From Elusimicrobiota bacterium (GTDB taxonomy: Bacteria; Elusimicrobiota; Elusimicrobia; UBA1565; UBA9628): a stretch of 64,000 nt of DNA. A program made the translations under genes and the position numbers. Below, piece after piece: positions 51,325-60,031 of the stretch. The stretch is from contig JANRKA010000111.1 of assembly GCA_033875325.1 (NCBI GenBank), positions 249 to 64,248 of the forward strand, written 5' to 3'. Under the pieces are notes generated by a model that saw nothing but the letters and a program-made list of their open reading frames with translations, ran no database searches and was not told where the DNA came from. The first letter of the stretch is position 1, and every line of letters starts with the position of its first letter.

Positions 51325-52772
51325 GCGGCTCTCCCTTCGTCGAGGGCGTTGACGAACTCCGCGACGCGGCGCTGCGCGAGGCCGTCGAAGTATGCGTGCC
51401 GCTCGCGTGCCACGGCGGGAGGCTCGGGCAGGTCCAGCTCCAGCAGTTCGAACACGCGCCGCTCGTAGCGGCCATAATCGGCGGTCTCGTCGGTCAACTG
51501 GAAGCGCTCGTCGGCGCTGTAGTTCTCGTAGGGGTTGCCCGCGTAGTTGACGAACAAGGCCTTGAGACCGCGGCGCAGGAAGAAGGCCTCGTAGCCCAAG
51601 GTCGAGTTGAAGGTGACGGCCAGCCGCGACTTGTAGAGGCTGGCGTAGCTGTCGCCGTTCTTCTCGTTGGGCAGAATCTCGACGCCGTCGGTGAGCAGGC
51701 GCGCGAGCACCGCGCGCGTGTCGCGGCCCGGGATGGAGCCCGCGCCGTAGCCGCGCAGTTGGTAGGCCACGCGCAGATGCGGGTTGCGCTTCTTGAGCTC
51801 GTTGAGGTTGCGCATCATCGTCTCGAAGGAGAGCGCCGTCTTCAAGTCCAGGCCGCAGTGCGGGTAGACGCCCTGGTCGATCATCAAGACGTCCCAGGTG
51901 ACGGGCTCCCCGGCGCGTTCGAGGGCGCGCACGCGTTCGTAGTGCTCGTTGAGGCACAGCGCCCCGACCGCGTGATGGCGTCCGACGCGCATGCGCAGCG
52001 GCCCGGCCATGGTTTTGGCGAAGTCGCCGAAGGTGAGGTAAGCGTCCATGGCGCTGTAGGCGTAGAAGGGATGCAGGCCGCGCTCGCCGTTCTGGATGAC
52101 GACCAAGGAACCCGAGCAGTTGTGCTTGAAGGCCAGCCAGCGGCAGGGGTGGTTGAGCTCGTCGGCGTAGGTGACGAAGTGGCGGCAAGGCCAGCGACGG
52201 AAATGGCCTTCGTAGACGGCGTAGGTGCCCAAGCAGCGGCGGTAGGACTTGAGCAGGTTCAGACCATAGCGGCGCGAGAGCGCCCACAGCGCCGGGATGA
52301 ACAGCGGGGCGGCGAGCAGCCAGGGCAGCGCGCGCGGCGAGATGGTGCCCTCGACCGGGCCGGTCGAAGGGTAGCCGTCGAAGTCGCCGCGCGGCGCGAC
52401 GCGTTTGCTCCCGTCGAAACCCGCGAAGGACTCCGCGAACCACTTCTCGAAGTAAGCGCGGTCGATGGTCTCGATCTGCGTCCGCACGGGCGCCTCGCGC
52501 CGCCACAGCCAGGTTTTCCTGAGCGCGTAGAAGAAGGGATGCAGCAACGAGTCCAGCGCCACGCGGGAGAGTTTCTCCGCCTGGTAGTTCACCTGCGGCT
52601 GGGCGTCGCAGAACATCTTCTTCATGACGAGCTCGAGCTCGTCCTCGCTCGCCCGGAGATAGGCGCGCAGGAAGCGGAACGCCGCGTCGCCTTTATGCGC
52701 CGCGGCGAAGGCCTCGGCCCTCGGGATGAAGGCGAGCGCGGGGTTGGCGGCGGCGGTCGCGGTCGCGCTCAT
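51321..52772 (-). CDS. Uncharacterised 483-aa protein, putative transferase (Rossmann-like C-terminal half)
   Basis: ATGA overlap on both sides. One hydrophobic segment. C-terminal pattern RLAVTFNSTLGYEAFFLRRGLKALFV resembles that of the 612-aa protein at 42953-44791. Confidence 0.5.
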   Translation of the reverse strand: MSATATAAANPALAFIPRAEAFAAAHKGDAAFRFLRAYLRASEDELELVMKKMFCDAQPQVNYQAEKLSRVALDSLLHPFFYALRKTWLWRREAPVRTQIETIDRAYFEKWFAESFAGFDGSKRVAPRGDFDGYPSTGPVEGTISPRALPWLLAAPLFIPALWALSRRYGLNLLKSYRRCLGTYAVYEGHFRRWPCRHFVTYADELNHPCRWLAFKHNCSGSLVVIQNGERGLHPFYAYSAMDAYLTFGDFAKTMAGPLRMRVGRHHAVGALCLNEHYERVRALERAGEPVTWDVLMIDQGVYPHCGLDLKTALSFETMMRNLNELKKRNPHLRVAYQLRGYGAGSIPGRDTRAVLARLLTDGVEILPNEKNGDSYASLYKSRLAVTFNSTLGYEAFFLRRGLKALFVNYAGNPYENYSADERFQLTDETADYGRYERRVFELLELDLPEPPAVARERHAYFDGLAQRRVAEFVNALDEGRAA

Positions 52773-53845
52773 TGTTTCCCGAAGTGCGCGGTGTAGTCGC
52801 TCGTGGCTCGCTCGTGGTCGGAAAGCCGCCCCACGTCGAGCCAGTATTCCTGAAGGGGGAAACAGGCGATGCTCTTGGCGCGGCGAGCGCGCAGGCGCGC
52901 GAGCAGCTCGGGCATGTCGCAGCGACGGTCTTTGGGCAGGGCTTTGAGCGCCGCGGGCTCGAGCGCGTAGATGCCCGCGTTGACGAAGCAGCGCTGCACC
53001 GGCTTCTCGACGAAGCGTTCGAGCTTGTTGTCCGCCAGCTCGATGACGCCGTAGGGGATCTGCACCTCGTGCTGCTTGATGCAGAGGGTCGCCAGGGCCT
53101 TCTCGCTCTTGTGGAAGTCGAGCAAAGCGCGGAAGTCCACCTTGGTCATGATGTCGCCGTTGACCACGAAGAATGTGTCCTCGAGGTCGCGTTTGATGAG
53201 GCCCAGCGCGCCGGCCGTGCCCAGCGGCTTGGTCTCGTGGACGTACTCGAAGCGGGCGTCCCAACGCTCGCCGTCGCCGAAGTGGTCCTTGATCTGGTTG
53301 GCGAGGTAGTTGACCGAGAAGATGAAGCGGTGGAAGCCCGCGGCGACGAGTTGGTCGATGAGGATCTCCATGATGGGCTTGCCGCCCACCTTGACCAGGG
53401 GCTTGGGGGTGTTGGCGGTCAGCGGCAGCAGGCGCTTGCCCGCGCCGCCGGCCATGATGACCACCCAGTTGGGGTGGCGCGTGGGGATGGTGACATGGTC
53501 GAGCAGCGCGGCCAGATCTTTGAGGACGCCGGCGCGATCCACGACGGGGATGTAGGCGTGCGAGGTGCGGCGGAAGGCCTCGGAAAGCGTCTCGCGCGAG
53601 GAACCCTCGGGCACGGTCACGGGCTTCTTATTCATCGCCCCGCTGACGGGCGCCTCGAGCGGGCGTTTGCTCAGCAGGGCGCGGCGGATGTCGATGTCGG
53701 TGACCACGCCGAGCAGCCGGCGGCGGCCGTCCACCACCAAGGCGATGCCCAGTCCGGTCTTGGTCATGGCCGCCACGGCGTCGCGCAGGCGCGCGCCGGG
53801 CTTGAGCAGGATGGCGGGGTGTTTCTTCAGCAGGTTCGCGGGCAT
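52769..53845 (-). CDS. CBS-pair + sugar-1-phosphate nucleotidyltransferase (PtmE-like)
   Basis: CBS-like N-terminus (ALVVDGRRRLLGVVTDIDIRR), then VIMAGGAGKRLLPLTANTPKPLVKVGGKPIME. Confidence 0.8.
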   Translation of the reverse strand: MPANLLKKHPAILLKPGARLRDAVAAMTKTGLGIALVVDGRRRLLGVVTDIDIRRALLSKRPLEAPVSGAMNKKPVTVPEGSSRETLSEAFRRTSHAYIPVVDRAGVLKDLAALLDHVTIPTRHPNWVVIMAGGAGKRLLPLTANTPKPLVKVGGKPIMEILIDQLVAAGFHRFIFSVNYLANQIKDHFGDGERWDARFEYVHETKPLGTAGALGLIKRDLEDTFFVVNGDIMTKVDFRALLDFHKSEKALATLCIKQHEVQIPYGVIELADNKLERFVEKPVQRCFVNAGIYALEPAALKALPKDRRCDMPELLARLRARRAKSIACFPLQEYWLDVGRLSDHERATSDYTAHFGKQ

Positions 53846-53846
53846 G

Positions 53847-54473
53847 TCAGGACTCCTTCGCGGGGACGCCCACGGCGGTGACACCGGGGCGGACGTCGCG
53901 CGTCGCGACCGCGCCGGCCCCGAGTCGCGCGCCTTCGCCCACGGTCACGCCGGGCAGGACCACGGCGCCGGCGCCGATGAAGGCGCGCGCGCCGATCCGC
54001 GCGCCGCCGCACACCACCGCGCCGGGGCTCACGAAGGCGTGGGCGCCGACGACGGCGTCGTGTTCGATGACGGCCGCGGTGTTGACCACCGCGTTCTCGC
54101 CGACGACCGCGCGCGGGTGGACCACGGCGCGCGTGAGCACCTGGCAGCCCGCGCCCAACGAGGCGGAGGGCGCGACCACGGCGGAGGCGGCGACGACGGG
54201 CGGGAATCGGAAGCCGCGCTCGCGCCATGTCTCGAAGAGGCGGCGGCGCGGGCCGGTGTCGCCGGTCGTGCCCAGGCCGTTGACGAGGCGTGTGGCGGAG
54301 GGCTCGAGTTCCGCCAGGAACTCGTCGCCGCCGAGCACCTTCAGGCCTTCGACCGTCGTGCCGCGCCGTTGGGGGTTCGCGTCCGTGAAACCCGCGACGC
54401 GGGTCTTGGCGGCGCGCAGCGTCTCGGCGAGCACGACGGCGTGCCCGCCCGCGGCGAGGATGACGGTCTTCAT
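53847..54473 (-). CDS. NeuD/PglD-family sugar N-acetyltransferase (left-handed beta-helix)
   Basis: N-terminal Rossmann-like MKTVILAAGGHA, then hexapeptide repeats. GGAGG SD 6 nt upstream. ATGA overlap. Confidence 0.85.
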   Translation of the reverse strand: MKTVILAAGGHAVVLAETLRAAKTRVAGFTDANPQRRGTTVEGLKVLGGDEFLAELEPSATRLVNGLGTTGDTGPRRRLFETWRERGFRFPPVVAASAVVAPSASLGAGCQVLTRAVVHPRAVVGENAVVNTAAVIEHDAVVGAHAFVSPGAVVCGGARIGARAFIGAGAVVLPGVTVGEGARLGAGAVATRDVRPGVTAVGVPAKES

Positions 54474-55606
54474 GCGCGGCCTCCGTGGAAGGTCTTGCGG
54501 GGCGCCGCGGCCAGGTCCGCGGTCGCCAGGACGGCGGCGATGCGTTCGGCGACCGCCCCGCCGCGGTAGGGGCTGCGGCCCTTGAGGCGGGAGCGGAAAG
54601 AGGGAGAGAGGACGCGGCGCAAAGCCGCGGACACGGCGGCGGCCGACGGCGCGCAATCCACGACCGAGGGGGCCTTCAGGCGCCCGTCCTGGCGCGCGCC
54701 GGCGTTGACCGTGGGCACGCGCAGCAGAGGCGCCTCGATGACCCCGCTCGACGAGTTCCCGACGCAGGCGGCGGCGCGACGCAGCAGGCTCAGCCAGCCG
54801 CGGGCTCCGAGCGAGGCGTGGACGCGGTAACGGCGCGGGTCGCGGGACGCGAAAGCTTTCAGGCGCGCGTTGACCGCGCGCCCGCCCGCGTCCGCGCCGG
54901 CGAAGGTGAACACGGCGCGGCGGCCGCTCGCCGCGACGGCTGACAGGATGCCGTCGAGTTCGCCCAGGGGGTTCTTCCCGCAGGGGTGGTAGGTCACCAC
55001 CAGCGGCGGCGGAGTCAGGGGCAGACCCACGAGTTTGGACAACTCGGCGTCAGGGAGCGGCTTGAGCCCCGCGGCGTTCTCCAGGCCCGGCGCCCCGGAG
55101 AGGAACACGCGCCGCGGGTCCTCTCCCATGGCGATCACGCGCCGGCGGTAAGGCTCGGCCGCGACGAAGTGCAGGTAGGAGAGCTTGGTCAGGGCGTGGC
55201 GCACCTGCTCGTCGATGACGCCTTCGCTGGCCTCGCCGCCGTGCAGGTGCGCGATGGGGATCTTCAGCGCCACGGCCGCGGTCGCGGGCGCGAGCAGCTC
55301 GTAGCGGTCGCCGAGCAGGACGAGGAGGTCGGGCCTCAGGCGCGCGAACGCGGCGGCGAAGGATCCCACGGCGCGTCCGACCGCCTTGGCCTGGGACGCG
55401 GCATCGTCGCCGGCGGGCATGGGGATGCGCGCGGCGATGGGAAGCCGGATGGCGCGTTCGGTACGACCGAACGCGCGACTAAGATGCGAGCCGGAGACCA
55501 CGAGCTGCAGGCGCAGGCCGCGGCGGGCCGCGATGGCGCGGGCCACGGGCTCGAGCAGCCCGTACTCCGCGCGCGAGGTGGTGACGACGCAGACCTTGCG
55601 GCTCAG
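54470..55606 (-). CDS. Hydrolysing NDP-N-acetylhexosamine 2-epimerase (NeuC/LegG-like); probable CTG start
   Basis: KVCVVTTSRAEYGLL, IAHLHGGE. No ATG/GTG/TTG in the 25 in-frame codons upstream. CTG 55606 sits in a CTGA overlap with GGGAGG (55619-55614) 7 nt upstream. Confidence 0.75.
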   Translation of the reverse strand: MSRKVCVVTTSRAEYGLLEPVARAIAARRGLRLQLVVSGSHLSRAFGRTERAIRLPIAARIPMPAGDDAASQAKAVGRAVGSFAAAFARLRPDLLVLLGDRYELLAPATAAVALKIPIAHLHGGEASEGVIDEQVRHALTKLSYLHFVAAEPYRRRVIAMGEDPRRVFLSGAPGLENAAGLKPLPDAELSKLVGLPLTPPPLVVTYHPCGKNPLGELDGILSAVAASGRRAVFTFAGADAGGRAVNARLKAFASRDPRRYRVHASLGARGWLSLLRRAAACVGNSSSGVIEAPLLRVPTVNAGARQDGRLKAPSVVDCAPSAAAVSAALRRVLSPSFRSRLKGRSPYRGGAVAERIAAVLATADLAAAPRKTFHGGRA

Positions 55607-57315
55607 GCGAGGGCCTCCCAGGTCAAGGTCTCGTCGGCCGCGACGGCCTTCTTCAGGCGACGGCCGGGCAGGCGCTCCAACTCGGCCGGCGCGATGCCGT
55701 CGCCCGGGCGCTTGAGCGCGAGGTCGGCCGCGGCGAGCGTGTGGCCCGCGGGCAGGTCGCGCGCGGCGACGACAGAGCGCCGGGCCACGGTGCGGTTGGC
55801 GGCCTCGCAGGGCGCGGCGCGCTTGATCCCGTCGCCGAGCGCGGCGGTCACGGCGCGCACGGCTTTGACCAGCGCCGCGAACTCGGCGGGGTCGAGCGAC
55901 GCCGCCTGGTCCGGGCCGGGCAGCGCCTTGTCGAGCGTGAGGTGCTTCTCGATGACGGCCGCGCCGCGCGCGGCGGCCGCGACCGACACCTCGATGCCGG
56001 GCGTGTGGTCGGAGTAGCCCACCGGCAGGCCGAAGTGCTCGCGCAAGGTGTCCATGGCGAGCAAGTTCACCTGCTCGACGGGCGCGGGGTATTCGGTGAG
56101 GCAATGCAGCAAGGTCAGCGGGGCGGAGGAGACCTCGCGCGCCCAACGCACGGCGTCGGCGACCTCGGAGAGGGTGCTCATGCCGGTGGAGACGATGAGG
56201 GGCTTGCCTTTGGACGCGACGTGTCGGATGAGGGGCTTGTTGGTGATTTCGCCGGAGGGCACTTTGAGCAAGGGCACGCCGAGCCCGTCGAGCAGGTCGG
56301 CGCTGTCGGCGTCGAAGGGGGTCGAGAGGAAGGTGATGCCGATGCTCCGGCAGTAGGCCGCGAGTTCGCGATGCGCGGCGTCGGAGAGCTGCAGGCCCTT
56401 GATCATGTCGAGCTGGCTCTGCTCGCCGCCCGTGGTCTTCTTCTGGTACTCGGCCTTGGCCGCGCGGCGCGAGACCAGGCCTTCGGCTTTGAACGACTGG
56501 TATTTGACCGCGTCGGCGCCGCAGGCTTTCGCGGCGTCGGCGAGTTTCTTGGCCGAAGCGAGGTCGCCGTTGTGGTTCACGCCGGCCTCGGCGATCACGA
56601 ATACGCGAGAAGGCGGGGTCTGCGCCCGCGCGCGTTCGGCCTGGAGACCGGAGACGACCGCCCAATCATAGGGCGTGTCCACGTCCGCGGCTTCCTCGGA
56701 CGACACGACGATGGCCCGGCGCGGTTGCGCATGGAAGGTCTTGGTCTTGCGAAGCGTGTCCACGGAGACCATGAACACGGAACCGTCGAGCGCGTAGGCT
56801 TCAGGCAATTGCTGGCGCGGCGCGGGCGTGCCGAGACCGTCGATGAAGGAGGTCAAACGCCCGTCTTTCTCGACGAGGTAGCACCAATGCGGATGGAAGC
56901 GGGACGGGGTCACGGAGACGACGGACTCGCCGGTCGACCGAAAGAGCTCCACGGCTTTGAGGATGGTCTGGGCGGAGCGGAACGGCGAAGTCGGCTGGAG
57001 CACCAGCACGGCGTCCGGCTTGTAGCCCTCGTCTTGGGCGAGCTTGTCGAGCAGATGCAGCGTCGCGTCCACGAGGGCCGAGCCGTCCTGCGCCAATTCC
57101 GGCGGACGCAGCCACGGCACCTTCACGCCGTATTCTTCGGCGACGGCCGCGATGGCCGCGTCGTCGGTGGAGACCCACAGTCGGTCGCAGACCCCGGCCT
57201 CGCGCGCGGACAGGATGGCCCGGCCCAGCAGGGGCACGCCGCCCAGCGGCTTGATGTTCTTGCCGGGTACCCCCTTGGAGCCGCCGCGCGCCGGGATGAG
57301 GCCGAGGATCTTCAC
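55603..57315 (-). CDS. Fusion: NeuA-type cytidylyltransferase (N-terminal) + NeuB-type nonulosonic acid synthase (C-terminal)
   Basis: GTG start. LGLIPARGGSKGVPGKNIKPLGG..., then IAEAGVNHNGDLASAKKLADAAKACGADAVKYQ...SDHT...SAF-like end. Confidence 0.85.
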   Translation of the reverse strand: MKILGLIPARGGSKGVPGKNIKPLGGVPLLGRAILSAREAGVCDRLWVSTDDAAIAAVAEEYGVKVPWLRPPELAQDGSALVDATLHLLDKLAQDEGYKPDAVLVLQPTSPFRSAQTILKAVELFRSTGESVVSVTPSRFHPHWCYLVEKDGRLTSFIDGLGTPAPRQQLPEAYALDGSVFMVSVDTLRKTKTFHAQPRRAIVVSSEEAADVDTPYDWAVVSGLQAERARAQTPPSRVFVIAEAGVNHNGDLASAKKLADAAKACGADAVKYQSFKAEGLVSRRAAKAEYQKKTTGGEQSQLDMIKGLQLSDAAHRELAAYCRSIGITFLSTPFDADSADLLDGLGVPLLKVPSGEITNKPLIRHVASKGKPLIVSTGMSTLSEVADAVRWAREVSSAPLTLLHCLTEYPAPVEQVNLLAMDTLREHFGLPVGYSDHTPGIEVSVAAAARGAAVIEKHLTLDKALPGPDQAASLDPAEFAALVKAVRAVTAALGDGIKRAAPCEAANRTVARRSVVAARDLPAGHTLAAADLALKRPGDGIAPAELERLPGRRLKKAVAADETLTWEALA

Positions 57316-57322
57316 GGGTCGG

Positions 57323-58555
57323 TCAGGAGACCCGGTGCTTGAGCTTCCATTCGCCGTTATGGCGCTCCCATAGATGGGGGGAGCGGAACTTGTCCACCGT
57401 GGCGTGGAACTCCTTCTCGTCCATGCCGAGGTACTCGAGGATCTCCTTGTAGTACTTCTTGGGGAACTCGCCGTCGAAGCGGTGCACGAGCGCGACGGCC
57501 TCCTCGCGGTCGATGTGGCCGGAGCGGACCTCCTGGGCGGCGTCGTAGGTGGCGCGGCCGATGCCGTATTTCACGTAGGTCGTCCAGTAATGGAAGCCGT
57601 CGATGCGGTCGTCGAGGCTGTTGTACTTGGAGTAGGTGCCCTCGGTGCGCTCGGGGTTGGCCTCGAAGCCGGTGTGCTCGACGGCGTAGTAGTAGCTCTC
57701 CTGCGGGATCCACTTGATGTAGTAGCCGAGGTAGTGCACCTTCACGCCCAGTTCCTCGAGCTGCGCGTCGTCGGCGGGCAGGTAGGGCTGCAGGTCGGCG
57801 GGCTCGAGCTTGTGTTTCTCGATGAGCTCGGTCAGCGACACGCCGCCCAGGTGGATCTTGTCCTTGCTGGCCTTGGTGAAGTAGTTCTTGGCGCGAAGAG
57901 GGCTCTTGTTGTCGGAGATGGGGTTGCCGTATTCGGCCTCGTTCTCGCCGAAGAACACGAGCGGCACCTTGTGGCGCAGCGCCATGTGCGGGGCGAGCGT
58001 CTTCTGCCCGATCATGAAGGGCTGGAAGGGGTTGAGCAGGTTCTGCACGGCCAGGCGGGTCAGCAGGCGGTGGACCTTTCCGTTGGGGGTGAAGAGGCTG
58101 TTGTCGCAGCCCCCGACGTGGATCCAGTTCTGGAAGTTCTTCCAGCCGATCTCGGTGTAGAGGTGCGGCGCCCAGGTGATGGTCAGCGGGTGCATGCCGT
58201 ACTTGTATTTGAGGACGTGCGAGGCGCGGGCGCTGTCCTTGCCGCCGGAGCCGGGCACGATGCAGTCGTAGGAGCCGTCGTGCCGGCGGTACTGGTCGCA
58301 GAGGTCCTTGAGCTCCTTCTCGCGCTGCTTCCAATCGATGACGTCGCGTTTGACCTCGGCGAAGCGGCAGGCGTCGCACACGCCTTCCTCGTCGATGCGG
58401 ATGGTCTCCTTCTTCGACTCCGCGGTGTGGTAGTACTCCACGCAGGAATTGGGGCGCTGGTTGGAGATGACGCAGCGTTTGCAGAACTTGACCTCGGCGG
58501 GGAGGCCGAAAAGGGCCTCGGCCTTGCGGGTCTTGGCGGCGGCGGGGTTGGTCAT
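57323..58555 (-). CDS. N-acetyl sugar amidotransferase (WbuX/PseA-like PP-loop enzyme)
   Basis: Zn-ribbon CKRC...CDAC; PP-loop VPGSGGKDS. ATGA overlap with the hisH-like gene. Confidence 0.85.
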   Translation of the reverse strand: MTNPAAAKTRKAEALFGLPAEVKFCKRCVISNQRPNSCVEYYHTAESKKETIRIDEEGVCDACRFAEVKRDVIDWKQREKELKDLCDQYRRHDGSYDCIVPGSGGKDSARASHVLKYKYGMHPLTITWAPHLYTEIGWKNFQNWIHVGGCDNSLFTPNGKVHRLLTRLAVQNLLNPFQPFMIGQKTLAPHMALRHKVPLVFFGENEAEYGNPISDNKSPLRAKNYFTKASKDKIHLGGVSLTELIEKHKLEPADLQPYLPADDAQLEELGVKVHYLGYYIKWIPQESYYYAVEHTGFEANPERTEGTYSKYNSLDDRIDGFHYWTTYVKYGIGRATYDAAQEVRSGHIDREEAVALVHRFDGEFPKKYYKEILEYLGMDEKEFHATVDKFRSPHLWERHNGEWKLKHRVS

Positions 58556-59187
58556 GGGTTCTCCAGGAAGCGTCTGAGTATGTCGAGTCCGGCGGGCCCG
58601 CTCTTCTCGGGGTGGAACTGGCAGCCGGTGATGTTGCCCCGGCGCAGGGCGGCGCAGAAGGAGCCGGCGCCGTAGCCGCAGTCGGCGAGGCGGTCGGCTT
58701 TCTCGGCGGGCACGGCGGCGTAAGAATGCACGAAATAGAACTCCGCTCCCTCCGCGGTGCCGGCCAGCGCGGTCTTCGGCCACGGCGAGGCCGGAGAGAG
58801 CGCGCTCCAGCCCACGTGCGGCAGCTTCACGCCGTCGGTGCCCGCGACCAGCTTCTCCACGGAGCCGGGCACCAGGCCCAGGCCCTCGTGCTCGCCGAAT
58901 TCGGAGCTGCGGTCCATGAGCAACTGCATGCCCAGGCAGATGCCCAGCAGCGGGCGCCCGGACTTGGCGTAGGCGCGCAGCGGCTCGACCAAGCCCCGCT
59001 CGCGCAGCCCCTTCATGCCGTCGCCGAAGGCGCCCACGCCGGGCAGGAGCACCCGCGGCGCGCCCACCACGTCGGCGGGGTCGGCGGAGATGTCCGGCTC
59101 GCCGCCGACGGCGCGCACGGCGCGGGCCACGCTGAGCAGGTTGCCCAGGCCGTAGTCCACGATGACGACGCGTTTGGAGCCGCTCAT
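58552..59187 (-). CDS. HisH-like glutamine amidotransferase subunit (WbuY-type)
   Basis: GVGAFG, GICLGMQLL (Cys nucleophile), HSY, QFHPEKS. Confidence 0.9.
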   Translation of the reverse strand: MSGSKRVVIVDYGLGNLLSVARAVRAVGGEPDISADPADVVGAPRVLLPGVGAFGDGMKGLRERGLVEPLRAYAKSGRPLLGICLGMQLLMDRSSEFGEHEGLGLVPGSVEKLVAGTDGVKLPHVGWSALSPASPWPKTALAGTAEGAEFYFVHSYAAVPAEKADRLADCGYGAGSFCAALRRGNITGCQFHPEKSGPAGLDILRRFLENP

Positions 59188-59972
59188 GCGAGGGGGGCGG
59201 CCGCCGGCGGGCGACGCACGGGGACGCCGGCCGACAGCAGCGTCTCCTTGAGCTCGCGCAGGCCGCATTTCTTGAAATGCAGGATGGAGGCGACCGACAC
59301 CGCGTCGGCGCGGCCTTCCTGCACCGCCGCCAGCACGTGTTCGGCCTTGCCCGCCCCGCCGCAGGCGATGACGGGGATGGAGACCGCGGTGGCGAGCTTG
59401 GCGGTCAGCTCCAGGTCGAAGCCCTTGAGCGTGCCCTCCTTGTCCACGGAGGTGACCAGGATCTCGCCCGCGCCCAGGTCGGCGGCCTTGCGCGCCCACT
59501 CGTAGGCGTCCACCCCGGTCTTCTCGCGCCCGTTGTCGGTGAGCGCCTCCCAGCGTCCGGGGCCCTGGGACTTGGCCTCGATGGAGACCACGATGCACTG
59601 GGAGCCGAAGCTGCGGGCGGCCTCGCGGATGAATTCGGGGTTGGCGATGGCGGCGGTGTTGACCGCGACCTTGTCGGCGCCGGCGCGCAGCAGCTTGTAC
59701 ACGTCGTCGAGCTTGCGCACGCCCCCGCCCACCGTCAGCGGGATGAAGATGTCGGCCGCGGCGCGCTCCACGATGTCGAGCAGGTTGTTGCGCCCGTAGA
59801 GGCTGGCCACGATGTCCATGTAGAGCAGTTCATCGGCGCCTTCTTCGTAGTAGCGCCGGGCGTGCTCCGCGGGGTCGCCCACGATGCGCAGCCCCTCCAG
59901 GTGGACCCCCTTCACGATGTTGGGGCCCTTGATGTCCAGGCGGGGGATGATGCGGATGTTGGTCCGGGACAT
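59184..59972 (-). CDS. HisF-like cyclase subunit (WbuZ-type)
   Basis: RIIPRLDIKG, TVGGGV, VAVNTAA, ACGGAG. ATG 59972 chosen; GTG 59978 is an alternative start. Confidence 0.9.
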   Translation of the reverse strand: MSRTNIRIIPRLDIKGPNIVKGVHLEGLRIVGDPAEHARRYYEEGADELLYMDIVASLYGRNNLLDIVERAAADIFIPLTVGGGVRKLDDVYKLLRAGADKVAVNTAAIANPEFIREAARSFGSQCIVVSIEAKSQGPGRWEALTDNGREKTGVDAYEWARKAADLGAGEILVTSVDKEGTLKGFDLELTAKLATAVSIPVIACGGAGKAEHVLAAVQEGRADAVSVASILHFKKCGLRELKETLLSAGVPVRRPPAAAPLA

Positions 59973-60017
59973 GTTCACTTATTGAACATCTTATCAAGTG
60001 GGGGGAGAAGGAGTCAA
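59973..60017 (-). promoter_or_regulatory. Promoter TTGACT-18-TGaTAAGAT plus candidate operator site S3 (GTTCA-CTTAT-TGAACAT, 59973-59989)
   Basis: Minus strand: TTGACT 60017-60012, TAAGAT 59993-59988, then GTTCAATAA, then GTG 59978 / ATG 59972. Confidence 0.5.
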
Positions 60018-60031
60018 ACTCATCCGGCGGC

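Noticed and set aside
54470-56665. Longest-ORF starts from the track for the NeuC-like gene (731 aa). The same issue affects 37086-39389, 38408-39964, 23530-25947, 49142-51475, 50494-52506, 51321-53264 and 35374-38280.
   Set aside because: The extensions overlap the upstream genes in alternative frames and are low-complexity Arg/Pro/Gly sequence. Family alignments place the real N-termini at the NTGA junctions.
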